The position numbers were made by a program, and so were the translations under genes. The notes under the pieces were generated by a model. It was not told where the DNA came from. It saw nothing but the letters and a program-made list of their open reading frames with translations, and did not search any database. From assembly GCF_009914755.1 (NCBI RefSeq), contig NC_060927.1: 64,000 nucleotides of DNA. One strand, 5' to 3'. This document shows, one piece after another, positions 29,101-44,894 of this stretch. Each line of letters opens with the position of its first letter. Within the stretch, counting starts at the first letter, position 1. This stretch comes from the human T2T-CHM13v2.0 reference genome, Homo sapiens.

Positions 29101-31989
29101 TAATTTTATTTCTCTGCATGTATATTTTTCCCCATCTTTGGAAACTCTTAGGAAATCCTCTTCGAACCTTGTTTTCTGAACTTTTGCAAGGATGTGACTT
29201 GATTTTTTTTAATGTCCTGTGCCAATCATTTCTTAGTCTTTTGTACTCTGAGAGTTCACGTTTTTAAATTTCCTCCCCTCTATTTTCTCTGTTGACTCTT
29301 GAGCACTTATCATTTGAATGTTGGAACTCCTGGTTTGAATTCAAATTCTTCTCTTTTACATGCTACTTCATAACACTGTGTCTTTTTTTTCTACCTAGAT
29401 GATATTTCTTTTAATAAATATTCCAATATGCCTATGGAAAAATTTTAACTGTATACTATTATACATAAGATAACAGTAGATTTTTATTATATCACTTTTT
29501 ATGATATCATATTTCTTTTGTTGTCATAATGTCTTCTTACTCACTGAAGCTATTATAGTTTTATTTTTCTGTTATGCTTTTCTTTGATTACTTCCCTTTG
29601 TCCCTTTCAGTTTTTTATGTTTGTTTTTGGGGGTTCATCTGTTTCAATTTACCCTTTCAGAATGAAGGCCTTCCTCAAATGACTGGAGACTCTTGGCTAT
29701 GTATTTAGATTTGAAACTGAGGAATGCCAGTATCTGGAAAGGCATCTTTTGAGTAAAGAATGGGGTTGAAAGGAGAGCCCTTTGGATCACTAGAGAAGAA
29801 TCAGTGAATCATCTGCTTAGGGTGGGAGTTGGAGATGTGAGGGAAGGGGTGGAGGGTATATGTGCTGCCTGCTAGTGTGCTTACAAAGAGGCCAAATGTC
29901 CGTCAGCTCATATTAGTTTCTTACCAAATCTTCATGGTTTCAGACCTGATGTCACCACAGTCTTTTATTTAACCTCAGGTCTCCTGGTTCAGAGTTTCAG
30001 AGCTGGGTAAGTAGAGAGTAAGTAGAGAGAGGAGGAGTGGTCTAGAGAAATAATTTCCTTCCTGTGAAGAGTGAAGGTAGAGACCTGGAGTTCCAAACCA
30101 AACCTAGGTTTCTCTTCCTTCACCATGTATATAGTCTTTCAACCAATCTTCCTGTTCTCACACCCTCTTTTGGCACCTGGCATTTCCAAATGATGACCCT
30201 TTTAAATGCAAATTCATTCACTTTCTGTGGAAGTTCTCAACTTCAAGATATAGCTCTCTTTTTTTCTGACACATCAATTAACACCACTCTCCAAAATTTG
30301 CTTAAATCTTTCATACCTTAATGTCTCATCCCCTGCTTCTTTTCACCCCTTATGGGTTAATATTATTTTTTGGCCTTATTACTATTTTAACAGTATATTG
30401 GAAACTAAGGTGGTCTCCATAATATGTAAAGGGAATACTGAAAAACAATTTTGGGTTAACTGTCCTCAAATTTTTTCAATAGACTTTATTTTTAGAGTAG
30501 TTTTACCTTTACAGCAATAGTGAACGTAAAATACAGATAGCTCTCATTTACTCCCTGTCCCCCACATACACACAACTTCCTCCACTATCAACATCCTGCA
30601 CCAAAACGGTACATTTGCTATCTTTGACGAACCTACACTGACACATCGTTATCACTTTAAGCCCATAATTTACATTAGAGATTACTCGTGGTGTAGTACT
30701 TTCTATAGATTTGGAAAAATTTATAATGACACATATCTACATTATAGTATCATACCAGATATATTCACTGTCCTAAAAGTCCCCTGCACTCTGCCTATTC
30801 ATCCCTCCCTCCCCACTAACCCCTGGTAAGCACTGATCTTTTTTACTGGATCCGTAAGTTTTCCTTTTCCAGACTGGCATTTAGTTGGAGTTAAACAGTG
30901 TGTAGTCTTTTCAGATTGGCTTCTTTTACTTATTGATATTCATTTAATGATCCTCTATGTCTTTTTATAGCTTGATAACTCACTTATTTTTAGAGTCAAA
31001 TAATATTTCATTGTCTAAATGTACCAGAGTTTATCCATTCACCGAATGAAGGACATCTTGGTGCTTCCAAGTTTTGTCAATTATGAATAAAGTTGTCATA
31101 AACAATCATGTGCAATATTTTGCATGGACATAAGTTTTCAACTCATTGGGGTAAATACCAAGGAATGCAATCACTGGATCTTACAGTAAGAGTATGTTTA
31201 GTTGTATAAGAAACTGCTAAGCTGTTTTCTAAAGTGGCTGTACTATTTTGCATTCCCACCAGCAAGGAATAAGACTTCTGTTGTTCCATGTCCTCTCTAG
31301 CATTGGTGTTGCCAGTGATTTGGGTATTGGCCATTGTACTAGATGTGTAGTGGTATCTCATTGTTTTAACATGCAATTCCCTAAGGATATATGATGTTGA
31401 ACATCTTTTTATATGCTTATTTGCCATCTGAATATCTTTTTTGATAAGAAATCCATTCAGATATTTTGCCCATTTTGTAATTGGGTTGTTTGCTTTCCTA
31501 TTGTTGAGTTTTAAGAGTTATTTTTATATTTTGGGTAACAGTTTTTAATCAAATATGCCTTTTGCAAATACTTTCTCCCAGATTCACCCTGTCTTCTTAT
31601 TCTTTTGACTGAGTCTTTTGCATAACTGAAATTTTATATTTTAATAAAGTCCATATCAATTATATTTTAATAAAGTCATCATATCATGGATTGTGCCTTT
31701 GTAAGAAGTTATTACTATGCCCAAAGTTGTCTAAATTTTCTCTAATGTTATCTTTTAAAAGTTTTATTGTTTTGCATTTTACATTTAGGTCTATGATCCA
31801 TTTAGAGTTAATTTTTATGAAGGGTGTAAGATCCATGTCTAGATTCATTTTTTTGCATATGGGTATCCAGTTGTTTCATCAGCATTTGTTGAAAAGACTG
31901 TCTTTTCTCTATTGTATTGCCTTGGCTCCTTTGTCAGAGATCAGTTGGTTACATTTATGTGAGTCTATTTCTGGGCTCTCGCTCTCTCT

Positions 31990-32251
31990 CTTTTTTCAGA
32001 CATGCAGTAGTGCAATTATGGCTCACTGCAGCCTTGACCTACTGGGCTCAAGTAATCCTCACACCTCAGCCTCCCAAGTAGCTGGGACCACAGGCATGCA
32101 CCACCACACCAAGCTAATTTTTGTAGTTTTTGCAGAGCTATGGTTTTGTAAGTTTTCCCAGGCTGGTCTTAAACTCCTGAGTTCAAGGAATCCATCTACC
32201 TTGGCCTCCCAAAGTGCCAGGATTATGGATGTTGAGCCCCTGCAACTGGCC
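31990..32251 (-). mobile_element. AluJ inside L1
   Basis: Diverged antisense Alu; flanking repeat CTGGGCTCTC. Confidence 0.85.
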
Positions 32252-33303
32252 CTGGGCTCTCTATTCTATTCCATTGATTTGTCCATTTATTTACCAATAC
32301 TACACTATCTTAATTAATATAGCACTATAGCTTTATAGTAAGTGCTAATGTTGGGTAGTGTCATACTTCTGACTTTGTTTTCATCTTACAATATTGAGTC
32401 AGCTATTCTAGATCATTTACTTCTCCATATAAACTTTAGAATTAGTTTGTTAATATCCTCAAAATTACTTGCTGAGGTTTTGATTGTGATTGCATTGAAT
32501 TTATAGATCAAGTTAGTAAGAACTGACATCTTGACAACACTTACCTGTCTATTTATGGGCAAGGAATATCTCTCCATTTATTTAGTTCTTTTTAAAAAAT
32601 TGTTTTTATCAGTTTTATAGTTTTCCTCATAGAGATCTTGCACGTTTTTTGTTAGATTTATACTTAAGTATTTTGTTTTTGGGTAGTGCTAAGGTAAAAG
32701 GTCTTGTGGTTTTAATTTCAAACTTTACTTCTTCTTTATACAGGAAAGCAATTAATTTTTGTATGTTAACTTTGTATCCTGCAACCTTGCTTTAGTTCAA
32801 GGAATTTTTTGTTGATTCTTTCGGATTTTCTACCCAGATGATCGTGTTACCTGCGAACAAAGACTTTTATTTTTTGCTGCCCAATATGTATTACCACCCC
32901 CACCCTCCTCACCGCCACCTTTTTTTCTTGGTTTATTGCATTTGCTAGGACTTCCAGTATAATGTTGAAAATGATCGGCGAGATGGACAGCTTTGCCTTG
33001 TTTCTGATCTTAGTGTAAAAGCTTCAAGTTTCTTACTGCTAAGTATGATGTTAACTGTAAATATTTTGTAGATGTTCTTTATTAATTTAAGGAAATTCTC
33101 CTCTATTTCTAGTTTGCTGAGAGGTTTTTTTTTTAATCAAGAATCAGTGTTGGATTTTGTCAAATGCTCTTTCTGCATCTATTGATATGATCATGAGATT
33201 TTTTCTTCTTTAACCTATTCATGTTCAGGATTACATTAACTAATTTTATATATAGAACCAGCCTTTCATACCTGGTTCAAATCCTGGGATAAATCCCACT
33301 TAG

Positions 33304-33684
<381 letters not shown>

Positions 33685-34244
33685 TGTGGTTTTCTTTCTT
33701 ATAATGTCTTTGGTTTTAGTATTTGAGTAATGCTGGCCTCAGAGAATGAGCTAGAAAATAAGTACTCCTTTTGCTTCTGTCTTCTGGAAAAGATTGTAAA
33801 AAATTGGTATAATTTCTTCTTTTTTAAAAAAAAAATTAACATCCACTGAAGAATAGAGTTTTCAAATCTCCATGGATAATAGGAAGTACATGGCAAAATA
33901 AATAAATAAATAAATAAATAAATAACAATTCCACCATCAGAAATTCATTTTCATTCTACTAGGATGTTGAGGGGAAAAAATGGAGGAGTTATCATTTAGC
34001 ATACAGAGTAATACAAGCTAGTAAATATTAAAACTGTTATTTTCCTACTCTTCTTCCTTACTTCAGAGGTTCTCCTGTTTATAAGGTAGGGGACGTCGCG
34101 TTAGTTAAGGTGGGAGAAGAGACAGTTTAAGCACTTTAAAAAAATCTCATGAAAATAAAATCTTGAAATACTATAGGAAAGTTTTAAAATATATATGTAT
34201 AAACAGTTTATTTTTATCCTTGAATATAAAGCATCACATATAAG

Positions 34245-34246
<2 letters not shown>

Positions 34247-34281
<35 letters not shown>
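34247..34281. repeat. (CA)n microsatellite
   Basis: Uninterrupted CA run. Confidence 0.95.
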
Positions 34282-34283
<2 letters not shown>

Positions 34284-34924
34284 CCACTGCATTAGGTCTT
34301 CAGTTTGAAGGACAAATAAAATTGAAAAGATAGAGAGGACAGTGAAGAGAATAAATGTCAAGAAGAAAGATTGAGAGGCTACAATATTACAGAATATGTG
34401 GAAATAAAAGTCTATTGCCTCGACAGAAGAATAGGGTTTGGAAAGGAAGTATTGGACTATTATAAAGAGCCTCAAACAATCTTAGTGTAAATAAAATGGG
34501 GAGAAAATGTAAGTTTTTTGAGCACTAAAAAAACATGATAAAAGTTTCAATTTAGAAAAAAGAAAGAGAATACAAAATATTTTTGCTGTGCTGCCTGCAG
34601 ACCCATATTATCTACTTCCTTATAATAGTGTTTCAAAGGCTATTCTAAGTAGCCTATAATAAAATTATAATCCAGATTTCATGGTATTAAGTATTTTTAT
34701 AGTAAATGGTAAAAACAAGTACTTAAAGAACACTTTTATCATAGATATTATATAAAGAGTATATAATTGACTGGGTATAGAATCTCAAATATCTAAGTAG
34801 TTTCCTTGCAAAGTACAAGGTTTTAAAACAACACTTCCTTAAATTTATATAGCGTATGTTTTTCCAAGTAGCTCAAAGTACGAGTCCATTACCCAGTTCT
34901 CAAAAGATCCCAAGAGATGGGTAG

Positions 34925-35353
<429 letters not shown>

Positions 35354-38300
35354 GATTCTACTTTTTACAGCCTTGTGATATTTGTGTACCAAGGGTTTTG
35401 AGTTCTAGATAATATTTGTTGTATCATTCCTGCAAAGTAATCTAAATTTACATAGAGAATACCTTATCTTAGCTGTTAGTTAAGTTAGCTGTCTCTACTT
35501 AAAAAATAATTTAGTAGGAGAAAAGGCAGGTGTTAAGAACTGTATTAGAAGCTCAAGTTGCCGAGTTTGGAAAAGCAAAATGTAAGGGTTACTGGGTAAG
35601 AATGCAGAATTATTAGATCATTGTTGGCACACTCCACTGAAGATAAAAGGAAAACTTCAATCATTTTCACAGAGGTTTACAGTAACTATCAAGTCCTGAT
35701 GTTTTTAACTGCCGCAAAGCACAAAAATATGCAGCACTGAGATTTCATTACTGAGTAAAAGCACACATCACATGGAAAGCACTGAGTTGCTTACACTAGC
35801 TAGACTAGGAAACAGTCATTCATCTTAGATGCCTTTGTGCTCCTAAGGGAAATACACCAGAGAGAGCCCCTTCTTGAGGCCCCTTCTAGTATTCTTAACT
35901 TAGTACTATCACAAGAAAGCCATTGGAGTAACCCTAATATTTTCAATACCTTGAGCCTAATGGATCCCATTTACTCATAATCCAGAATTTAGCAAATGAA
36001 ATAGTGTTTGAATTTTAATGTTTATTTTCCACATGTAATATTGTATCTTACATATTTAGGGTCACAAGCGCATTTAAAAGTACTAGTTGTATTTGCATTT
36101 ATTACTCTACCCTCAACCAACAATTTGCATGGCTCTGAAAATCAATTTCTTACGTTTTCTTTTCCCTTCAATTCTTTCTTTCTGTTTACTGTGATGTGGT
36201 GTACTCATCCTTTCTACAATGTGGTTTTTCCCACTTGGCACGTCCTCCTGTCTCCCTTACTCATTTATAGGCTTCTACATTTCTGCTCTCCCAGAAGGAC
36301 TTTATCCCCATGATTAGGACCTTCTGATCCTTTCTTTTCCTTCTAATAATACCCAGTAAATTTTTATTTAAACCTCCATCTTGCCTGCTCCTCCCAGCTC
36401 CCTTCCTGTGACTCCTCTAGTTAATAATCTCAGCCATCTGGCTCCCAAATCTTTTTCTGTAATCTGTTTCGGTATTAGGAGGTACTTTATCCTTACATGC
36501 TTCTTTTGGAGAACTGCCATGTTTTCATATATTGGTTTTAATTAGGAGTTTGAGTTATTATTTTTTTTACAAAACTTTCTACATGGTATCTCTGCTTTGC
36601 CCTAGTTTTATTTCCTATAGCTAATGAGTTTTTTTATACCCTCATTGTCAAATTCAGCAGCTTTTAATTTTATTGATTTACTTTGACATTTATTCGTATT
36701 TCACTTGCCATATATTCCTTTTTAAGTTTATGATCCTTGCCTTTGTCTCAATGCCTTTATTTTCTCCTATGTTTCCTTTTTTTTCTGTTTTCCATTTCTA
36801 TAAAACCCTAACTCTTCAGCAGATAACTGCCTTTTCATTATCTGTGAAGATTAAATTGGAAAAAAATGTAAAGTGCTGTGGACTTGGCACAGTAAGTGCT
36901 CACTAAATATTTGCTGTTATTTTTATAATCATCTTGGCAATGGCTGTGAATAACCACTATACCCTAAACCACTTAGCTTAGCTCACCCTATTTTCAAAAA
37001 CACCTATTTTTTATTTTTCATTATGTCTACTTTCCTGTTTCCGATTTTCAGTTTCTCTTTGGATCTTCCTTATATTTTCCAATAAAGAATTTTTTTGGTC
37101 TCGTTGTTGTGCTTAATGACTCTTATTACAACTTCTTACTGATGTATTTTTGAATACTTGTTCCTTGTGTTATTTACTGTCTTTATGTTTTCATCTTTGT
37201 TCTTTTAATGGATTCACACTATAATCTCTCTTTCATTTTTGTATCTTACATGCTGTCTTTTATGTTTGATTTTTTAAAGTTTCATTTAGAACTATGTAAA
37301 AATGCTACATATTTATGCCATCTACCATTTCAATTCCTTTCCATCCAATAACTTCTGAGCAGAGAATGTTGGGATATAAAGATTTTGCAGTCACTTAAGG
37401 GTTAAGAGCTTTATCTTTGTTACTGGAAAGAAAATGATGGTTTACCTAATTCAGATTCTTGATCTAAACTTAACTGCTGCACCATGATATCTCTTAAGGA
37501 AATCTAGCTCTCTTCCTCCCTTTACACTGCTTCCCTGTGTTTTGGGTATCAAGCTTTCCGCTGTTGTGTCAGTCTTTCCTGTTTAGGATTGCCAGTACAC
37601 TCTAGTTTTCATTCGTTTACCTTCTTAATATTATTTGTATCCTGTCATCCTTTAGAAAAAGGTAAGATATGTATCTATACTGACAGGAAGGCAGAATGCA
37701 ACCATATATGTAACCCGATTTATGATATACACATAAATATATATTCACATGAATATAATTAAAGGGGAAAAATCTCTTGGACTATACCCTAGAGCACCTT
37801 GAGTTAACAACTTGAGTAGGTGTTAACACTGATTGCTCTAGGGTATGGAAGCTTGCAACTGTTTTTCTGTATGTGTGTATGTGCGTGCATGTGTGCACAT
37901 GTGTGTTTGACATCTCTGCAGTATTTACAAAAATCCTATTCCTGGGTAATTAGTTGAGTCATTTTTGTTAGAAATGAAATACACTTTAAAAGTGATTGGT
38001 AAGTCTCTTTATTTCATCATACTTGTCATTCTAACAGGCTCACATAAGCCAAAAATGTAAGAAACAGTTTGTTCAAGCAGTCTACAAAAGGAATGTAGCT
38101 GATGCCATTAAATTAGAAACACTTTCCTCTCTAAAAATGCCATCACATCATTCCTTTCCAGAATGAGGAAGTCTGATAACAATTAAATTCTTTCTTTCTT
38201 TGGTGCTGTGACCCTGGCAGTAAGCCACAGCTTTCCCAATCAAATTTGAGATGTTCCACATGATAATCAATAGTCCTCCAGCTTCCCTTACCAAAGAACC

Positions 38301-40309
38301 ACACAAGTCTCCCTTCCTTCATTTTCAATCCTGCTTCTTTCTGTCACACACACACATACATACACACACACGTGTACGCATACATGTGTGCTTTTCATTT
38401 CAGGGTGCTATAGTCATATAATCAGTCTTTTGAGGCCTTAAGTTATTGCATGTTTTATCTTTAGGTTCTGCTTTATCCAGACTTGTAGGAAGTTTATCAG
38501 TTCTTAAAGGTTTCTTTAAGGCCCAACTTTTCTTTTACCACTTACTCCTTTTTTTTTTGGCCTCCCCTCATTGCCCAAAAATTTACAGCTCATTTCCTTA
38601 ATACATCTCCTTATATATCACCATATACCATATTCCTCATACAACAATTTCCTCATAGAACCTTTTTACACATAATATATTTAATGTTGTATATTTACAT
38701 CTTCATAATGATATATTTCTTCTACAGTCTTTCCTTCTACAAGGAAAATGGAATGGGTTCCCTTCTCTCTCTCATATTCTAACTCTAAGTACTTCTAATC
38801 AAAATGGTCTTTTCTGAGGTAGGGAGAGTTTGTCTTCTTTCCTTCAAAAGGAAAAAAAGTCCCAGCTGATTTACAGACCTGCCTCTTATTTATCCTACCT
38901 GCTGTGTCGGTTTCCCTTTTCCTTTTCCCACCATGGCCTGAGTGGCAACTGTTTTATTTCCCCATCTGCTCTTGAGATGCCTATTCCATGGCCTTCCCTT
39001 CTCTTAGAGCCCCACATCCTTTTCCTGCATTTATTTTGAGCAGATGTTACCAGGAGCAGATGTCACCCGTTCTTTCATTTCGCCTTTCATTGATTATAAC
39101 ATGCTCTTGGGTGAATACTATAAAGGTGACCTTCCTCCCCAGTAAAACTATACATAATTTTTCCTTTCCTTTTTGTTAACTAAGAACACCAACCTTATCC
39201 TTCATTCCTAAACTACCTTCCCTTACTTCCTGCACACTCAGTTTATGACTTTGTAAAGTCTATGTTGGGTATACCTCCGAGTGGCCCCACTCTGGTGACA
39301 ATCTTTGCCTGTCTCTAATGAAAAGAATTCAGTCAGTAGTTAAGCTCAGCTCCCCCTTGCCACTACTGTCCTTCACACATACATTTTCAAAACCAAACCC
39401 TCATCAATCTGCCATGTTGTTGGGTGATGCTAACTTTGCATGGTATCTTACTAATGTCTCTGACAGCCAATATTTCATGCCTGAAGAGAATAAACATAGC
39501 CTTTACCCAGGACTGGTTAACACAATCACCACAAACTTTTTCCAGCCTTGCTTTCCTCTTTCTCCTGAGGCACTCATTCTGTAAACCAAATGCGATTTCT
39601 CTGCTGTTCTGAAGCTCATGTCAAACTCCTCATTTCCAGGGACTCGAATTACTGTAAATATGTCCCTTTGGTTACTCTCAACTGAATTAATAGAGTCCCA
39701 GTAGCAATTACATGCCCTGGGGCTGGTTTTTGTGATGGAAGCAGAACCTCATAACTTATCTTTCATTGAAGAAAGCCTTCCACTTTCCCAGCAGAAATGC
39801 CAAGGTTATTTTCTTTCTTTCTATCATACTTTTCTCCTTACACCTTCGGCTAAGGAAAAATGGATGATGCAATAGTATTTTTTGGCCTTCTCCCTCCTTA
39901 GTTCATTCATTCTGCCCAGTTTCTTCATTTTCTCTGGAGACCTCTACTTGAGTGTACTCCTTGGCAGTTAATTTTCACCAATCTCTCCACTAGAGCAAGG
40001 CGGAAGAATGCAGCAGGCTCCCAGGGCCTGTGTTCATCTCTCTGGGAGCGCTGTTTTTCCCACCAGTCCCTGCATTGGTCACAGGTACACCTCTCCTGGA
40101 ATTTGCCTGGAGATTTGCCTGCCACAGTTGCATTTCTTGAAACTCTTCTTTTTCTCCTCTCCCCTCCAACCCACCAATCACATCCATGGTCACATTGCTT
40201 TCTACACCAGAGATAGTAATTATCTCATTAGTTGATCCTCTCTGCTCCAATATCACCTAAGTAGCTAGTAGCTTGCCATTCTTTTTTTTTTTTTTTTTTT
40301 TCCCCCCTT

Positions 40310-40765
40310 GAGGTCTGTCACTCAGACCCTGGAGGAAGGCAGGAAGGCTCTGATCACGTGGCCCATCCCCTTCTCCTCCAGGCCAAAGTGAACTGAACCA
40401 TACTATTGAGATTTTCCTCAGGAATCTATCATTGAATATAAGGCCAGGTTTTGAGTATCCACATTGAGTCATGTCCATACAGAAAGAGAGAGAACTGGTC
40501 AACAGAGAAAAGGAAAGAGAGGGGAGGAAAAAGAAAAGGAGGTAAGGAAAGAAAAGTGAGTAGTTGAACAGAGAAAGGCAGAGAACAGGGATCCTTTGTC
40601 TGTGAAGTAGAGAGAGTAGGCAAAATTCTTGATTTTCAATTTCCTGTGCCCACTTCCTTGTGAGCTCGTACTCTTTTATTTACCCAGTAAAGTCACTATA
40701 TTTGCTGATGCTGGTTTTGATGGATTTGATTTCTTGTATCCAAATGCCTCCTTATCAAGATACAC
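40310..40765 (+). mobile_element. Possible old ERVL/MaLR-type LTR fragment
   Basis: LTR-like 3' end (AGTAAA...TTCTTG...AAGATACA); weak resemblance only. Confidence 0.3.
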
Positions 40766-40814
40766 CCGTTAATGTAAAAACAACGAGTCTATTATAAATA
40801 ATAATGATGATAAC

Positions 40815-41055
40815 CATAATAATTATAGCTACCATTTATTTTGCACTTACTATTTGCTAGGCACAGTCCTAAACACTTTACATACAAGAACACATTCTCA
40901 CAGCTATATTGTCATATAAGGATTATTTGATAGAAACATTAACGCAAGACAAGTTTGGCAATGTATCTTAGTTATACAGCTTGTAAGTGGCCCTAGCTGA
41001 CCTTTGAACCCAGTTCTGTCTCTTCTCCAAGCCTGTGGGTTTAACCATGTGCCAT
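40815..41055. mobile_element. MIR fragment
   Basis: AGCTACCATTTATT...CACTTACTAT...CTAGGCAC; TTTGAACCCAG. Confidence 0.6.
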
Positions 41056-43074
41056 GAACTAATCCATAAAAAGCACTCTAAACAGTGCCTGGCACATGTA
41101 TGTCACAATTCAAGTTTCCTAAACCCTTCAGGCATGTTAGTCCTGGACAGAAGCAGCTATAGCATTTTTAAATTGGCATACAAAGCAATGTCAGACAGGA
41201 TCACATAAAACCTTGCTACTCAGAATGTAGTGGCTGGATGAGGAGCTTGGATGTCAAAGGGAACTTGTTAGAAATGCAAACGCTTTGGCCCCATCTCATA
41301 CTTAAAACTGTGTTTTAGGAAAATCCCCTGGGTGATCTGAATGCACATTCAAGTGCGTTCACTTGAGTGAGACTCAAAGTAGATGTTTCCAGTGAGGAAA
41401 TTAGTATTTTACTTAGGTAGTTATTATCACTATGAGGATCTGTAAGATAAATATTTAGCTGCGGTATCAGCTGTCTAGAACTAAGGCTGAAAAATGAAGA
41501 AAAACAAAACTAATTTGAGATACTGAGGTTCTGCTAAACTCTATCATCGAAAACATAAGTATATCCAGAAGTAACTGATTATTGTTTGCCTGAAGCATTA
41601 CCTAGTCTCTATGTTGGTTCTTTTCTAACTACAAATAACTGTTTATATATTGATTTTATTTTATAAACAATGTATGGGACTATTTCTTCTTACTAGGTTG
41701 ACTCATTTGGTGCTGTCTTTGGCTACCCAGATATCTTTCCATAAGAATGTCTAAATTTTGGCTTGTTATAAGAAGACTGTCTGGAATTAACTTATTTTGC
41801 CAGCTTTTCCAAAAGAATTTCAACTAAAAGTAGCACCAGAATAATTTATAAAGACGGATACAATTAATGCTCATCTTTTTAAAGTTAGTTTATATTTTCA
41901 GTGCTACTGGTGAAAATTTGTCACCAACTCTTTGGACAAACAAATTCCAAAATCTGAAAGGTGACACCAACTGCAATTAACTTTAATCTTGAAAAGTGTG
42001 AAACATTCAGGACATAATTGAGATCAACATCCCAGGAGTAAACTGATGGAAGATGTGACTTACATAAGAAACACAGGGGTATTTCTTTATTCTTACACAT
42101 GATTTTCATTTGCTTACTTGGAATTAAGCTTATGTATTCAAAATACAGATGTACCAAACATCAGTAATTGACATATGATAGATGTAATAATGACAAATAA
42201 CTCTCAAATAATGTCATATTTTTATTCTTGGTGGTATCATAGGAACTCCGTATGGTTTCATAATTATGGTATAAGACCAAAGATTTAAGCAACTGGCTCT
42301 AAAGATACTTGTGTACCCCCAGGCTTTATAAATATTTATTTCTCTGTTTTCTTAAAATGCTAAGTATATAAGGAAATTGTAGAACAGCTGGCATGTAATA
42401 CAGGATTTCTAGTCTGTTATCAGTAAATGTTCTAAGACACACCTTTAATAAAACAGAGATGTCAAAGACAAAGACAGCAAAGGAAATTTTTATCAGAAAA
42501 GGATGATTAAAGAAAGTTCTACAAGACAGGATGGACTAAAGTTTTTTACTCTGTATTTTAACAAAAATGCTTTTTGAAAGTATTGTAAAGTGCTCAGGAC
42601 TAGGGACTAGGGCTTCATGTAGATGAGATAAAAGAAGTAAATATTTTAAAAAGAAGTATAAGAAAGGAGTTCCCTTGAATACTTATTCTTAACTTTGGAA
42701 GCAAGAAACTTTCTAAGGATGGAAGAAGGTTTAGGTGGCCTGGGATCTGACAGGTACTTGTAAGTGAAAAGGCACATATAGAGAACTTAGCTCAATGACA
42801 TATGATTCAATAGGGACATTGGCCACATGACTGCATAGCTTGCATCATCTCACCACCTTCCAGGCACCTCCCAACACACCCAGATTTAAACCTAAATAAT
42901 AGAAAAGCTATGCTCAGTGATATTTCCAAAACCTTCTTCCTATGCCTGTGCAAGTATCTTGCTTTCTCTTCCTCTGTCCCCCAAATACTGTTCAGGCACT
43001 ATTTCTCCTCCTGTACTTCCCTCTTCCTCCTCCCTCTCCCACTTCTTCCTCTTCTTCTTCATTTCACTGTCTGC

Positions 43075-43076
<2 letters not shown>

Positions 43077-43112
<36 letters not shown>
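43077..43112. repeat. (ATT)n trinucleotide repeat in a pyrimidine-rich tract
   Basis: About 11 TTA units flanked by CT-rich sequence. Confidence 0.93.
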
Positions 43113-44199
43113 TCCTCTCCCCTCTCCCCGCTGGCCTCCTGTTTCTTGCTCTCTTGCTCTCTTCTCCCTTTTTCCTCACTCAACTTCAGATCAATCCTGC
43201 TGGGTATATTCTGTGTCCTATACCCCTGCTGTGATTCTTAATGAAATAAATTTCAGGAAGCCTACTGATTGGATCCATGACAAGTGTATAATTTATAGGA
43301 GCAGCTGGGCCCTCCTTGGCACAGGACAATCCTAATTTTTTCTCTGTATACTCTCTTTCCAATTCTGCTCCATCTTAGCCTTCTCCTTCTCCTACTTCAT
43401 TGGTGGACATCAGCTGGGAATTCCTTACACTTCTCCTATTTCTTTCTCTTATTTTCTTCTTGGGGAAGGAAAGGGTCTCCTCCCTTTCCTAAAGTGAATC
43501 TCAGAAGTTCAATTTAGAAGGATATCCTAATGATATCCTTCTAAAGGATATGAGATGAACCTTTATCTCATAAATCAGGGTCTCATCGTCTCTCCTCCGT
43601 AAATCCTAACAGCTGTCTTACCTATCAGCTCCCAACTTCCTTCATATTGCTACCAGAATTAGGTTTAGCATTTGTGGTATGATATTTATTTAGTCAAATC
43701 TGATGGTTTTTTGGTCTCTACTCAGATGGGAGATTTCATATTTTATGTTTATGAGAAGTTTCTTTTTCCCTTTTCTGCCTGTGGCCCTCAATTGGAATTT
43801 TTCCAATGATTTTCCCATTCTTAATGATTGTTGGATTTTCTGTGGCTTAAAGAAAAAGAAAATAGAGATTTTCTAAATATGGTGATAAAAATCTTTGTAA
43901 ACATAATAAGGGCAACCTTTTTGTTTATGAGTCTAAAACTCAACAGATCTGATGTCCCAGTGATTTTCTCTCTCAGATTATAGGTAAATCGCTGGCTGTT
44001 TTTAAGAAGCCTATGTAGAGAAGTGGAATATTTAGAAGCTTCTGAAATACTCTTTGACTATCAATAACTTCAATATCTGGCTTAGAATTTTCTCTCCTGA
44101 GGGAAGGCTTCTGGGAGTAACGCTTTCTAAACGCAATCTGTGCTGGCCACTAAAAGTTAACGTTTCTCTCAGTGCCCCGTATTTGCTTTTTTTCATCAT

Positions 44200-44430
44200 G
44201 GGATAGTGGCTGAATGCATAGACTTCAGTGACAAACAGCCTACATTTAAATCCCAGTATCTACTGTGTGACTATGGGTGAATTACTTAACCTCCCTGTAC
44301 CTTAGTTTCATCACTTATAAAATGGGAATACAATGGCCAAATATCATCATGCATATTTTAAGGGTGAAAAGAGATAATCCTTTTTACATGTACACAGTAC
44401 TTGAGTGTACAGCAAAGGCCTATTTTTATT
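44200..44430. mobile_element. MIR fragment
   Basis: TACTTAACCTCCCTGTACCTTAGTTTCATCACTTATAAAATGGG core. Confidence 0.7.
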
Positions 44431-44597
44431 GCTATTGTTATATTTACTATTATGGTTAGCTATATATATTATTTGCATTTCCAACTAAATTGTAAATCTC
44501 TTGAAGTCAGGTTCTTACACTGCTACTTAAATATAAGGGCATAAGAAGGGCAACCTTTTTGTTTATGAGTCCAAGACTGCCATTAAAAGTAATGGCA

Positions 44598-44894
44598 GGC
44601 CGGGCGCGGTGGCTCATGCATGCCTGTAATCCCAGGACTTTGGGAGGCTGAGGCGGGCGGATCATGAGGTCAGGAGATCAAGACCATCCTGGCTAACTAA
44701 CACTGTGAAAACCCCGTCTCTACTGAAAATACAAAAAAATTAGTCGGGCATGATGGCGGGCGCCTGTAGTCCCACGCCAGGCAGGAGAATGGCATGAACT
44801 CGGGATGTGGAGCTTGCAGTGAGCCGAGATTGCGCCACTGCACTCCAGCCTGGGCGACAGAGTGAGACCCCGTCTCAAAAAAAAAAAAAAAAAA
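44598..44894 (+). mobile_element. AluY-like, with small indels
   Basis: GGCCGGGCGCGGTGG...GAGCTTGCAGTGAG...poly(A). Confidence 0.92.

Noticed and set aside
31691-32317. 208-aa ORF
   Set aside because: Read-through of antisense L1 and Alu sequence
42910-43335. Poly-Leu/Tyr/Ile ORFs
   Set aside because: Translation of the (ATT)n repeat and CT-rich tract
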